The translations under genes and the position numbers were made by a program. A stretch of 64,000 nucleotides of DNA from Malacoraja senta (taxonomy: Eukaryota), in the NCBI GenBank assembly GCA_038087875.1, contig CM075989.1, forward strand, positions 6,822,001 to 6,886,000, written 5' to 3'. Shown here in pieces: positions 1 through 12,039 of this stretch (its first letter is position 1; each line of letters opens with the position of its first letter). Under the pieces are notes generated by a model. It had not been told where the DNA came from. It made no database searches and was given only the letters and a program-made list of their open reading frames with translations.

Positions 1-160
1 CTCTGTCTCTCTCTCTGTCTCTCTCTCTGTCTCTGTCTCTCTCTCTCTCTGTCTCTGTCTCTCTCTCTGTCTCTGTCTCTCTCTCTCCCTCTCTCCCTCT
101 CTCCCTCTCTCTCTCTCTCTCTGCCGTCTGTCTCTCTGTCTCTCTCTCTGTGTCTCTCTC

Positions 161-207
<47 letters not shown>

Positions 208-253
208 GTCTCTGTCTCTCTCTCTGTCTCTGTCTCTCTCTCTCCCTCTCTCC

Positions 254-285
<32 letters not shown>

Positions 286-286
286 G

Positions 287-330
<44 letters not shown>
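1..330. repeat. (CT)n/(CTCTGT)n microsatellite
   Basis: Near-pure CT dinucleotide tract with interspersed GT. Confidence 0.98.
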
Positions 331-333
<3 letters not shown>

Positions 334-784
334 CTAGATACTGCCTGACCTGGTGAATATTTCCACCAGAGTGTTTCCTTTTTTCTTGTTCTTTTCAAGG
401 CAATGCTATTGCTGAGGCATGCCTCCCTCTTCCAAGTTTTTGAGCAGCTGGTCTACAAATAAAATGACCACCATAGCTTGGTATTAATCTGCTGGGACAG
501 GTCGTAACTAAACAAAGCCCAACTCACCAGCTGGAGACCCAACCCACGGGAGCCAAGAACGGTTTATATCATGAGTTGTTCTACTGGCACATCATCTGAA
601 ATGTAAGTTTGTAATTATGACTAGATTAAACGACTTTATTGACAAATAATTAGGTACTTTTTTCACCATGCTGGTTCTTCACCCGTTTACAATGTGAAGC
701 GTGAGTCCAGTTAGTTTTTTTCTGCAGTATTTGTTACCAGGAGAACCTGACGTGGCCCTTATTCCTCCAAGCTCCTCTTATTTG

Positions 785-1203
785 TATATAAAGCCCTTAA
801 CGGGCTTGCCCCCCCGATATCAAAAATCTTCTAACCCACCATTCTACCTCCAGGTCCCTCAGGTCGGCCGACTTGGGGCTACTGACTATCCCGCGGTCTA
901 GGTTTAAGCTCAGGGGCGACCGCGCTTTTGCGGTTGCAGCACCTAAACTGTGGAACCGAATCCCTCTCCTCATCAGAACTGCCCCCTCCATCGACTCCTT
1001 TAAATCGAGGCTCAAAACCTATTTCTACTCCCTAGCGTTTTTGAGCCCTTTCAGGGGGCGCTGTAAACAGTTTCTGTATGTATTGTTAGGTCTGTGTACC
1101 GTTGTATGTATCACATTAGTATCTGCTCTGATGTGAAGCACTTTGGTCAACGTGAGTTGTTTTTAAATGTCATATACAAATAAAATTGACTGACTGACTG
1201 ACT
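785..1203 (+). mobile_element. L2-clade LINE 3' fragment
   Basis: Translates to PRSRFKLRGDRAFAVAAPKLWN...FKSRLKTYFYSLAF, a typical L2 ORF2 C-terminus. Followed by tgaagcactttgg...aataaa and a (TGAC)n tail. Confidence 0.85.
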
Positions 1204-1399
1204 TCCCATCTAGCAGCTAGGGCATGTTTCTGTTTATGTACTTTAACCATTACCCAATCCCCTGGACTGCTATAGTGACATGGCTCCAAGGCGACTTGCC
1301 CTTGTGCCTCCAGTATGTGTTCCCAATTTTCCATTTTGGGCCATCACAATTCTTTAACAATATTCTACCCACTATGTCTCCCACTCCTTGCAAAGTAGC

Positions 1400-1723
1400 T
1401 TTCTCTCGACCCCCACACACCCCCCCCTCCCCCCTCCCATCCTAGTGATGTTTTCATTACTTTTCCCATGATTACCTTGTATGGGCTTAGGCCTGTTGAA
1501 GGGTCAGTAGTCATTCTCATATTCATTAATACAGAGGGTGGTGCATCAGGCCATTTCAGTCTGGTTTTGTGGTAATCTTCTTCCAAATTGTACTTGATCA
1601 TCCCATTATCTCTTTCCGTCATGTCTGGTGATTGTGGGTGATACGAGCAATGTAGTTCCTGTTTAACTCCCAGTGCCATGCAAACGTCTTGTGTTTTGCC
1701 TCTAAAATGCGATCCACAGTCAC
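1400..1723 (-). pseudogene. Endogenous retrovirus integrase relic, C-terminal part
   Basis: DCGSHF...LHCSYHPQSPDMTERDNGMIK...WPDAPPSVLMNMRMT...TGLSPYKVIMGK matches the retroviral integrase core (YHPQSSG.VER.N). Confidence 0.8.
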
Positions 1724-3530
1724 AATAGACAATAGACATTAGGTGCAGGAGTAGGCCAGTCGGCCCTTCACTGTGATCATGGCTGATCATCCACATTCAG
1801 TACCCGTTCCTGCCTTCTCACCATATTCCCAGACTCCACTATCTTTAAGAGCTCTATCTAACTCTCTCTTGAAAGCATCCAGAGAATTGGCCTCCACTGC
1901 CTTCTGAGGCAGAGAATTCCACAGATTCACAACTCTCTGGGTAAAAAAAGTTTTTCCTCATCTCCATTCTAAATGGCCAACCCCTTATTCTTAAACTGTG
2001 GCCCCTGGTTCTGGACTCCCCCAACATCAGGAACATATTTCCTTCCTCTAGTTTGTCCAATCCCTTAATAATCTTATATGCTTCAATAGGATACCCTCTC
2101 ATCCTTCTAAATTCCAGAGTATACAAGCCCAGCCGCCCCATTCTATCAACATATGACAGTCCCGCCATCCCAGGAATTAACCTCGTGAACCTACGCTGCA
2201 TTTCCTCAATAGCAAGAATGTCCTTCCACAAATTCGGAGACCAAAACTGCACACAATACTCCAAGTGTAGTCTCACTAGGGCCCTGTACAACTGCAGAAG
2301 GACCTCTTTGCTCCTATACTCAACTCGTCTTGTTATGAAGGCCAACATGCCATTCGCTTTCTTCACTGCCTACTGTACCTGCATGCTTACTTTTAGTGAC
2401 CAATGACCAAGGACCCCCAGATCCCGTTGTACTTCCTCTTTTCCCAACTTGACACCATTCAGATAATAATCTGCCTTCCTGTTTTTGCCACCAAATTAGA
2501 TAACCTCACATTTATCCACATTCACTGCATCTGCCATGCATCTGCCCACTCACCCAACCTGTCCAAGTCACCCTGCATTCTCATAGCATCCTCCTCACAG
2601 TTCACACTGCCGCCCAGCTTTGTGTCATCTGCAAATTTGCTGATGTTACTTTGAATCCCTTCATCTAAATCATTGATGTATATTGTATATAGCTGCGGTC
2701 CCAACACCGAGTCTTGCGGTACCCCACTAGTCACTGCCTGCCATTCTGAAAGGGACCCGTTAATCCCTACTCCCGTTGTTTCCTGTCTGCCAACCAATTT
2801 TCTATCCATGTCAGCACTCTACCCCCAATACCATGTGCTCTAATTTTCCCCACATATCTCCTTTGTGGGACCTTATCAAATGCTTTCTGAAAGTCCAGGT
2901 ACACTACATCCACTGGCTCTCCCTTGTCCATTTTCCTAGTTACATCCTCAAAGAATTCCAGAAGATTAGTCAAGCATGACTTCCCCTTTGTAAATCCATG
3001 CTGACTCGGACCGATCCTGTTCCTGGTTTCCGAATGTGCCGCCATTTGATCTTTTATAATTGACTTCAGCATCTTCCCCACCAGCGATGTCAAACTGGTC
3101 TATAATTCCCTGTTTTCTCTCCCCCTCCTTTCTTAAAAAGTGGGTTAAAATTAGATACCCTCCAATCCACAGGAACTGGTCCTGAATCTATAGAACATTG
3201 GAAAATGATCACCAATGCGTCCATGAATTTCTAGAGCCACTTCCTTAAGTACCCTGGGATGCAGACCATCAGGCCCTGGGGATTTATCAGTCTTCAGTCC
3301 CATCAGTCTACCCAACACCATTTCCTGCCTAATGTGAATTTCCTTCAGTTCCTCCATCACCCTAGATCCTCTGGCCACTAGTACATCAGGGTAATTGTTT
3401 GTGTTTTCCTTAGTGAAGACGGATACAAAGTACCTGTTCAACTCGTCTGCCATTTCCTTGTTCCCCATAATAAATTCACCTGTTTCGGTCTTCAAGGGTC
3501 CAACTTTGGTCTTAACTCATTTTTTGCTCT
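1724..3530 (-). mobile_element. 5'-truncated CR1 LINE (RT region and 3' end) inserted in the ERV integrase
   Basis: Motifs YLDFQKAFDKVP, GVPQDSVLGP, KFADDTKL and LEYCVQFWSP in frameshifted ORFs; (TCTATTG)n tail; TCAC at both junctions (1720-1723, 3531-3534). Confidence 0.93.
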
Positions 3531-4200
3531 TCACTGTGCAAGTATCCTGGTGAACCATATCTACAAATTGTTTCCATTCTTAAGTTTTGCTAGTAGCGAA
3601 AGCTTCCACCCATTTAGAGAAGGTATCTATAATAACTAATATATATTCCTTCCCTGCTTCATTAGGTAACTGTATTAAACCTATCTGCAGTTGTTCACAA
3701 GGTTCATTGCCTCTCTTCACATGAGTCTGGCAAATTTGTGCTTTTTCCCTACCTTGTGCTACTGACAAACCGCACATCCTACGCAGTGTCTTGCTGTTGT
3801 GGAAGAAAATCTCAGCGCATCCCAGAATTTATATATTAATTCAATCATCCCTCCCCATCCTCTTGCTCACGTGACTTTGTCTGTGAACAACAGCCACTAA
3901 ATAGGGGAGCATCTGTTTGGGGGCAACAGCCAAATCTGTTCAGAATTCGCAGATGCCCCTAAGTGGCGCCATCTCTGTGGTGCCATTTTTGGGACAGTTT
4001 CTTGGGAGTCGCTTAATAGATCCGTTGGGATTCCAAGATAAATCACAAGATAAGGGGAAGAGTGGAGCACACGGGGCAACCCACAGTGCCTCCTTGTGGC
4101 CCAATCAGCCATATCATTTCCTTTTGAGACCAGACCTGTATGGGCGGCACACTTTATCACAGCTCATCCTTGAGCTCGGAGAAGGACATCAACAAAAAGG
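3531..4200 (-). pseudogene. ERV pol relic: RNase H C-terminus and integrase N-terminal half
   Basis: IKCAAHT...GNDMADWA (RNase H end); LQIGLIQLP...YILVIIDTFSKWVEAF; RYGSPGYLHSD continues into 1723 once the CR1 is removed. Confidence 0.78.
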
Positions 4201-4811
4201 CCATTACATGTGTGGGCTCCTGCAGAGGTAATTTATTTCTTTGGCTCCATGCCACAATTCTAGCTGTACTAACATGGCGTGGGAATGTCTTTAATCAGTG
4301 GGTAAATCAGTACTAAACAGGATCTTTTTTATTTTGAAACTGGGACAAGAAGCTTGTCAAATCTATCTGTATATTTTGATCTGCAGCCTGGACACATTCT
4401 CCCATTTAACACACTGCTGTGATTTACAGTTCCCAATCAGGCAGTCCTTATACTTTGTGCAATGAATTGTTTAACGTACTGGGTTCTCAATCTCCAGCGT
4501 TCCCTGGGAACCATGAGCCCCTTGCCCACTAATAAATCCAAAAAAGGAGACCATGGCAACTGAACAAATGTCCTTCACGGTCTCTTCCAGAGATCGATAC
4601 TTGTTTGCTTTTCGATGAATGCCGCCCCGAGTGGTCCAGAGTTATCATTGAACCGGACGTCCATGACAGCGTCAGCTCCATCTCTCATGCTGACGATGTC
4701 CCATATCCAGATGCCCTCAGTCCCGTTCAGGAATTGTTGCTTGTGGAACTCCCTGGCCCCCATGGCTCTGGGGATCACCTGGATACAACACCCCAATACC
4801 TTCAAGGTTCC

Positions 4812-5160
4812 AAGGTTAGTTTAGTGTCACATGTACCAATTAAGGTACAGTGAAATTTGTATTACCATACAGCCATATTTTAAAAAATGCAACAAGGCAC
4901 ACAACTATGTAAAAGTTAACATGACCATCCACCACAACGGATTCCCCACGTTCCTCACTGTGATGGAAAGCAATAAAGTCCAATCTTCTTACTCTTTATT
5001 CTCCCGCAGTCGGGGCAGTCGAGCCATCCGCAGTCGGGGCGATCGAAGCTCTCGCAGCTGGCGGTCGGAGCCCCCGCGTCGGGGCGATCGAAGCTCCTGT
5101 GGCTCGGAATTCCGCGATGTTAAAGTCCGCAGGCTCCCGCGGTTGGAGCCCCAAAGTCGA
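4812..5160 (-). mobile_element. GC-rich non-autonomous retroposon, 5'-truncated copy with Rex1-like tail
   Basis: Shares the 3' hairpin (4928-4967) and tail layout with the copies at 8.2, 40.6 and 58.4 kb. Confidence 0.65.
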
Positions 5161-5161
5161 T

Positions 5162-5800
5162 CCAGTTGTTTTTGTGCTTCGACTTGGAATACAGATTTCC
5201 GGTCCAGTTTCAGTAAGCGGAAACAATTTTTGCCCATCAACGTTGGCCTATTGACATAACTTGCGACAACTATTGGCAACTTCAAAGTCTTGCCTTTGTG
5301 TTGTATATCACAAACTATCTCTCCACATGTCTCCAACACTTCTCCAGAGTACGCTTTCAGCTGAACGTTTGTTTCTGTGATTTGCTTATTGCTAAACTTG
5401 GATTCATCGGTGTCTTTGCTTATAATTGTGCAATCAGCAGCGGTATCAATACACATTGTTATGCATTGATTGTTCACTTTGACCTTTGTCTGAAAGTCTT
5501 CCTTTCCAGACCCACCGTTCATAGTATAGATGCCGTACAGTCCAAGTTCTTAGAATCCTTGAACTGACAGTCATTTGCTTTGTGTTGACCATTGCATCGA
5601 TAGCACATATCTGCGGTTTCCCCAGAACTTTGCTGTGAAGGCCTATTCCCTGTTTTGTCACGCTTGTGTTTTGGAACTGTTTTTGACTGTTGGCTGTGCC
5701 AGGATGTGTTGGTCGAAACTCATGTGGACTTTGACATGCCATCTCCATGGTCAACGCCGTTTTGCATGCCAAAACAAAGGTAAGGGCTGGTGTGTTCAGT
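5162..5800 (-). pseudogene. Decayed Gypsy gag-protease fragment
   Basis: Zinc-knuckle remnant CYRCNGQHKANDCQFK; aspartic-protease motif MCIDTAADCTIIS; LKAYSGE. Confidence 0.8.
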
Positions 5801-5809
5801 AATTTTATA

Positions 5810-6419
5810 GTACTTAGCCCAAAATAAAAGAGTTATTAGTGTTTAAAAAATGTTGAGATTCTCTCTCCTGTCAATCATGCCATGAAGGCCACGCCCCTTC
5901 TGGTGGGCGGGGGGGAGGGACTATAAAACCCAGAAGTGTGGTCGTGGCTCAGTCTCTGCAAGATGGAGGAGGGAGAGGTCACGACTCGCTGTCTTTAGTG
6001 GCCTTGCACCCTGCTTGAAATGGTATGAAACTGCACTTGAATTTGGTGGCCTTGCACCCTGCTTGAAGTGGTAAGAAACTGCACTTGAATTTGGTGGCCT
6101 TACACCCTGCTTGAAATGGAATTTCAAGGAATAGCCGTGAGTCAACTGCCAGCCCACCAGCCGTGAGTGAGTGAGCTGCCAGCACAACAGGCTTGAGTAA
6201 CTGAGCCGCCAGCCCAAGAATCCCTTCGGCCCACAATGTCCATACTAGCTCTCTGGAAACCAGTCCCTTCAGCCCACAACACCCATACTAGTGCTCCTGA
6301 AAGCCCCCCCCCTGCCCCCGACTGGCCACCAATATTGGAATTGGTGGAGAGATGAAATATTGTGTTGGGAGACCAACCCTCCCATGTGATGCTGGGACCC
6401 AACGGGTCCCACAGTCTAG
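5810..6419 (+). mobile_element. Non-autonomous Helitron-like element; 3' end defined, 5' end uncertain
   Basis: GGGACCC-AAC-GGGTCCC hairpin (6394-6410), then CTAG (6416-6419) followed by T; internal 48-bp tandem repeat. Confidence 0.55.
5998..6118. repeat. 48-bp tandem repeat, about 2.5 copies
   Basis: Unit gtggccttgcaccctgcttgaaatggtatgaaactgcacttgaatttg starts at 5998, 6046 and 6094. Confidence 0.92.
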
Positions 6420-6924
6420 TATATGTTGTAAATAACTGGGGTCCCAGCACCAAGCCTTGCAGCAGCCAACTAGTCACTGCCTGCCATTCTGAAAAGGACA
6501 TGTTAATTCCTACTCTTTGCTTCCTGTCTGCCAACCAGTTCTCTATCCATGTCAATACCCCCAATACCATGTGCTCTAATTTTGCACACTAATCTCTTGT
6601 GTGGGAACTTGTCAAAGGTTTTTTGAAAGTCCAGATACACCACATGCACTGGCTCTCCCTTATCCATTCTACTTGTTACATCCTCAAAAAGTTCCAGAAG
6701 ATTAGTCAAGCATGAGTTCTCCTTCATAAATCCATGCCGACTTTGGCCGATCCTGTCACTGCTATAACATCTATAATAATCAACTCAAGCATCTTCCCCA
6801 CTACCGATATAAGGCTGACTATTCTATAATTCCCCGTTTTCTCTCTCCCTCCTTTCATATTGGCTACCCTCCAGTCCACAGGAACTGATCCAAAGTCGAG
6901 ACAACATTGGAAAATGATTACCAC
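6420..6924 (-). mobile_element. CR1 RT fragment
   Basis: SCLTNLLELFEDVT...VYLDFQKTFDK; WIENWLADRKQRV. Confidence 0.88.
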
Positions 6925-6927
6925 TAA

Positions 6928-7192
6928 TGGGCCTGCCCCACTTACGTGACTTTTTCGGTGACTGCCGGCACCCGGCAAAGGTCGTTACAGGTCGCCGAAA
7001 ATGTTCAACATGTTGAAAATCCAGCGGTCACCAGAACAAGGTACGACTCTTTGGGCGATAATTCACGACCATACAGGCTTCACCCCGCGACATGTCACCA
7101 GGGGGTCGCCTGTATGGTCGTGAGTAGTCTCCTCAAATGTTGAACATTTCTGTTGACCTGCAACGACCTATGACAGGTGCCGGACAGGCCCA
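6928..7192. mobile_element. PIF/Harbinger-type MITE
   Basis: Termini TGGGCCTGCCCCAC...GGACAGGCCCA with TAA on both sides (6925-6927, 7193-7195). Confidence 0.78.
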
Positions 7193-7282
7193 TAATAACT
7201 CTTTTTTTTTTTTGCATTGTTAAAACTCCTGTTGGGATTTTGTGAACACTTCTTTCCTCTGCTCCTTCAGGTTTGCCACAGA

Positions 7283-7530
7283 ACATAAAACATGGAACAG
7301 TGCAGCAGAGGAACAGGCCCTTCAGCCCACAATGTCCGAGCCGAACTTAATGCCAAGTTAAACTAATCTCCTCTGACTGCACATGATCCCTATCCATCCA
7401 TTCTCTGTGTATCCATGTGCCTCGTAAACACCAGTATTGTATCTGCCTCCACCACCCCTGACAGCACATTCCAGACACCCACCATCCTGTGTGTAAAATA
7501 AAAACTTGAGCCGCAAGTCTCCTTTTAAAC
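7283..7530 (-). mobile_element. CR1 3' end fragment
   Basis: Reverse complement of the CR1 3' UTR (gggctgaagggcctgtt, cacacaggatggtg). Confidence 0.7.
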
Positions 7531-8183
7531 TGTTCTGACCCGGACGATGAAATAATTCAGGCAATGGATTTGTCCTGGAAATTTTCTTTATTTTTTAATT
7601 TTTGGGGGAGTTGGATGGTGTTTCTAGACCTGGCTTGCATCCCATCTAGTGTGCCAGTAGTCAACAAATCAGGTTGCAACATGAACGTGCGTTTATGTGG
7701 CGCCTATTGTGATGAGAATGGTAATGAGTAGTGCCTTGTCATCTATGGGCAGGTCGGGAGATGCTGGCGGTTTCAAGCTTTTCCCATCGGTTCAGTTTTG
7801 CCCCACGTTGGCGGTCTTGGGCTTGTTGTGCCAGATCAGTCTCCTGCACTCCGTCTGGGTGTGCAGCCCCTCATCGTCTGTGGACTAGTGAGGGGACGCT
7901 GACGGCATTGGGTTTGTCCCGACGGCTCAGTCTTACCCAGAGTCTGCAAATGGAACCACAGCTGGTAGGGAGGCGCCTGCGTTCCCTTGGGCAGGCTGGA
8001 ACTGCCTTGGGTTTGAGGGGCAAGGTTGATGAGGTAGAGGCGAGTTCAATAATTCCCAGTTAACCTAATCCTGGCTGTCCCCTCAGCTCAGTCCTGAATG
8101 CCCTCTAAGGTGCTGGTGGTTTCCAGTAGGCAGGCTGTCTGTGGTGCTTGTTAGCTCCTCCTGGCCTGTCTGCTGTTAGCGGG

Positions 8184-8922
8184 AATCAGAATCAGAATCA
8201 CACTTTATTCACCAAGTATGTTTTGCAACATACGAGGAATTTCATTGGCCAGGTCAGTCATACAATTAAAAGCAACAGATCACTCAAAAACACATTTTAA
8301 CATGAACATCCACCACAGTGACTCCTCCACATTCCTCACTGTGATGGAAGGCGAAATAAAGTTCAAGTCCTTCCCTTAGTTCTTCTCGGTCGTGGGTCTT
8401 GAGCCCCCGTTGACGGGACGATCTTGACTCCCGTAGCCGGCGGCGTTTGGGCCCTCCGCGTCGAGGCGATCAGCTCCCGCATCGGGGGGAAGTCAGCTCC
8501 CCTGCGCCGGCCGATCGAACCTCGTGTCGGGGCTGGTCGAACCTTCCGCGATGTTGGAGCTTCCCGACCAGCCTCTCCCGAGACTTCGAGCTCTTGATGG
8601 TAAGTCTGCAGGCCACGGTGGGAGCGATCTCAGGCAAGGGACCAGCTCGGATGTTAAGTCCACGCCCCGCGGTGGGGCTCACGACAGTTCGAGGAGGCCT
8701 CCAGCTCCAGCGATGGTAGGTCGCAGAGCGCCCGGAGAATGTGATCCGAAAATCAATCACATTTCCGGGAAGGTAAAAACCTGAAAAAAAGGTTTCCCCC
8801 CTCCCCCACATGAAACAAACAGAAGAATATTAAAACAGAAACTTTTAACAAACTAAAAAATAACAAAAAGAGTGAAAAGATGAACAGACTGCCAGCAGGG
8901 CAGCCATCTCCCCAGCGCCCCC
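8184..8922 (-). mobile_element. GC-rich non-autonomous retroposon with Rex1/Babar-like tail
   Basis: 5' ggggcgctgggagatggctgccctgctggcagtc, T-rich and G-run spacer, GC-rich body, hairpin 8309-8348, aataaa and (GATTCT)n tail. Confidence 0.7.
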
Positions 8923-9601
8923 CGGTGGTCTTGATCGGAGAGGCATTTAGAGAGCATGCGTCATCCCAAGTTGTAAATGAACCCCCGGGACAGCCCTTAA
9001 AAGCAGCATTCAAGGAAATTGTTGAAAATAAATTGCTGAAGGTTGAGGGAGGAGATGCGCGGGCCAAGTTTTTGTTAAACGGGGTGGGGGGGGGGGGGGT
9101 GGGGTGGATAGAGGCATATGATGTTTAAGAGGGTTATGGAGAGGCACATGGCAGGGGATGGAGGGATATGGATTACATACAGGCAGATAAGAGTTGACCT
9201 TGTTGTCCTGTTGGCACAGACATTGTGGGCCAAAGGGCCCGTTCCTGTGCTGTATATGCAATGTTCTATGTAGCCTTTGATCCTAACAGATGAGTGAGAT
9301 ATATATTTTATCAGTGAACAAAAGGGGCTATCCCTGTGGTAACCATTGTCATACAGTGCAGCTTCCCTGTAGACCATGAAGGAATGGTGTGAGGCTTGCT
9401 TGCACAATTTGGTATACATTGCTTACAATATCCCTTACAACATTGATCAGTGTCACAATTCATCATAAGGCACGGTGCCATGTACTGTCCATGTTAAAAC
9501 TCCTTTCATTCACTAAGTGGAGATCTTTGTTTGAAGCAGAGGGCAGTAAGTGCTCCTCTCCTCTCAGGGTACCGCATGTCTGTTGGCAATTGTTCAGCAC
9601 T

Positions 9602-9801
9602 NNNNNNNNNNNNNNNNNNNNNNNNNNNNNNNNNNNNNNNNNNNNNNNNNNNNNNNNNNNNNNNNNNNNNNNNNNNNNNNNNNNNNNNNNNNNNNNNNNN
9701 NNNNNNNNNNNNNNNNNNNNNNNNNNNNNNNNNNNNNNNNNNNNNNNNNNNNNNNNNNNNNNNNNNNNNNNNNNNNNNNNNNNNNNNNNNNNNNNNNNNN
9801 N
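9602..9801. other. Assembly gap (200 N)
   Basis: Run of exactly 200 Ns. Confidence 1.
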
Positions 9802-10039
9802 ATAACCCGAGGGAATAAAGTAATAGCGTGTATGGCTGGCGTCAATATTTAATTTATGATCTGGATAATGGTGTATTTTTCTCTGCCTGACGTGGTTGTT
9901 TCTCAGTCTATATATAAATAATGTCAATTATATTGCTGCATCTTCTATATATCGCAGTTTCAATGGAACATCAAACCTCAGCCAAAACAAATCCCATTCC
10001 CCTAACAAAGACAAGACAAGACAAGAGGCAAGAAACAAG

Positions 10040-10250
10040 AGACATTATTTGTCACATATACCAATTGGTACAGTGAAATGTGTGGTCACCATACAGCCAT
10101 ACGAATAAAGTAAAGAGCACAGAACACGATAGTCTTTAACATAGACATCCCCACACAGCGGAATCAACGTTTCCCACTGTGAGGGAAGGCACCAAAGTTC
10201 AGTCATCCTCCTCTGTTGTCCTCTGTTGTTCACCCGTGGTCGGGTGGCTC
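10040..10250 (-). mobile_element. 3' fragment of the GC-rich retroposon family
   Basis: gaggacaacagaggaggatgactga is shared with 28573-28597; family hairpin and Rex1-like tail present. Confidence 0.6.
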
Positions 10251-10563
10251 CCCGTGAGTGTGAATATCTCCATTCCCCACTTCGGTCAACCATAACCTCC
10301 CACTCAAGATGACTAACTTGGATCTTGAGCTCCTCCCGCAATGAGTCGTTGGGGGTACACAAAAATGCTGGAGAAACTCAGCGGGTGCAGCAGCATCTAT
10401 GGAGCGAAGGAAATAGGTAAAGTTTCGGGCCGAAACCCTTCTTCAGACTGATAGGGGGTGGGGAGAAGAAAGGAAAAAAGGAAAAAGGCGGAGGAGGAGC
10501 CCGAGGGCTGGGGGAGGGGAGGAGACAACCAGATGGCTGATGAAGGGGAGGGGACAGCAAGGG

Positions 10564-11100
10564 CTAGCAGAATTGGGAGAATTCAATGTTCAAGCCCCCA
10601 GGATGTAGACTACCCAAGTGGAATATGAGGTGCATTTCCTCCAATTTACGGTGTTGCTCGCTGTGGCCATGGAGGAGACCCAGGACAGAGAGGTCAGATA
10701 CGGAATGGGAGGGGGAGTTGAAGTGCTGAGCCACCGGGAGTTCAGGTTGGTTATTGCGGACCGACCGGAGGTGTTCGGCGAAACGATCGCCAAGCCTCCG
10801 CTTGGTCTCACCGATGTAGATCAGCTGGCATCTAGAGCAGCGAATGCAATACATGAGGTTGGAGGAGATGCAGGTGAACCTCTGTCGCACCTGGAACGAC
10901 TGCTTCGGTCCTTGAATGGAGTAGAGGGGGGAGGTGAAGGGACAAGTGTTGCATCTCTTGCGGTTGCAAGGGAAAGTACCAGGGGAGGGGGTGGTATGGG
11001 AGGGAAGGGAAGAATTGACAAGGGAGTTACGGAGGGAGCGGTCTTTGCGGAAGGCAGACATGGGGGGAAGATGGGAAGATGTGGCGAGTGGTGGGGTCAC
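10564..11100 (-). pseudogene. Penelope GIY-YIG endonuclease domain (no complete RT)
   Basis: FTCISSNLMYCIRCSRCQLIYIGETKRRLGDRFAEH...VAQHFN...PGGLN, preceded by a C-x4-C-x2-C linker. Confidence 0.9.
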
Positions 11101-11344
11101 GTTGGAGGTGGCGAAACTGACGGAGGATCACTTGTTGTATGTGACGGCTGGTGGGGTGAAAGGTGAGGACTAGGGTGACTCTGCCCTTGTTGTGAGTGGG
11201 GGGATGGGGAGACAGAGCAGTGTTGCGGGGTATGGCAGAGACCCTGGTGCGAGCCTCATCTATGGTGGAAGAGGGGAACCCAGCCCTCGGGCTCCTCCTC
11301 CGCCTTTTTCCTTTTTTCCTTTCTTCTCCCCACCCCCTATCAGT

Positions 11345-11373
11345 CTGAAGAAGGGTTTCGGCCCGAAACGTTA
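11345..11373 (+). ncRNA. Minimal hammerhead-ribozyme-like motif in the Penelope pseudo-LTR
   Basis: CTGAAGA-A-GGGT[TTCG]GCCC-GAAA-CG-TT: catalytic core, stem II and palindromic stem III; stem I is weak. Confidence 0.6.
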
Positions 11374-12039
11374 CCTATTTCCTTCGCTCCATAGATGCTG
11401 CTGCACCCGCTGAGTTTCTCCAGCATTTTTGTGTACCTTCGATTTTCCAGCATCTGCAGTTCCTTCTTTAACACATGAGTCGTTGGGGAATGGGTTGAAC
11501 CTTTCAAGGTAGATCTGCCCTCCGTACAATACAAGATCAGGTCAGAAACCAGGTATGTCTCTAGAGTGACTCACCTCCTGTCATCCTAAGGACTGCCCAC
11601 AAGCTACGAGACCCAAGTCAGGTCATGTAGTCATGGTCCGGAGGACGGTGAGGTCCAAGTACAATGATAATCACGCATGCAGCAGCATCTCAGGCATGTG
11701 GACTCAGACAAATACACACACAAAAAAACTGTACGGAAATTACACACATTTTTGCAAGACAGATAAAACAAAAAAATACTGCAAATAAAGACATCCATGC
11801 AGAATATATGATTAGAAAAATAAGTCCATGCTAGCACAGGAGGTGCTCTGTAGTGTTCTTTTGTTGAGGTGGGATTAGGGCTGTGTAGCTTGGTTAAAGA
11901 ATGAATGAATCAATGAATGGATACTTTATTCTTACATGTGACAAGTCACTGTGAAATTCTTCACTTGTAGAGAAGATTACCCCTTGTATGTTATCAAAGA
12001 TGGCACAGTGGTGTAAGCTGGTAGAGCCACTGCCTCACA

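Larger units (their letters stand above)
10355..11474 (-). mobile_element. 5'-truncated Penelope-like element with inverted pseudo-LTRs
   Basis: GIY-YIG ORF; 10355-10512 is the inverted copy of 11279-11436; 14-bp flanking duplication ATGAGTCGTTGGGG (10341-10354, 11475-11488). Confidence 0.92.

Noticed and set aside
150..356. Ser/Leu-rich ORFs
   Set aside because: Translation of a CT microsatellite.
5998..6118. Regularly spaced repeats resembling a CRISPR array
   Set aside because: Head-to-tail 48-bp units with no unique spacers, no cas genes, and eukaryotic context.
9389..9927. ORFs containing X runs
   Set aside because: Artefacts of the 200-N gap; adjacency across the gap is also uncertain.
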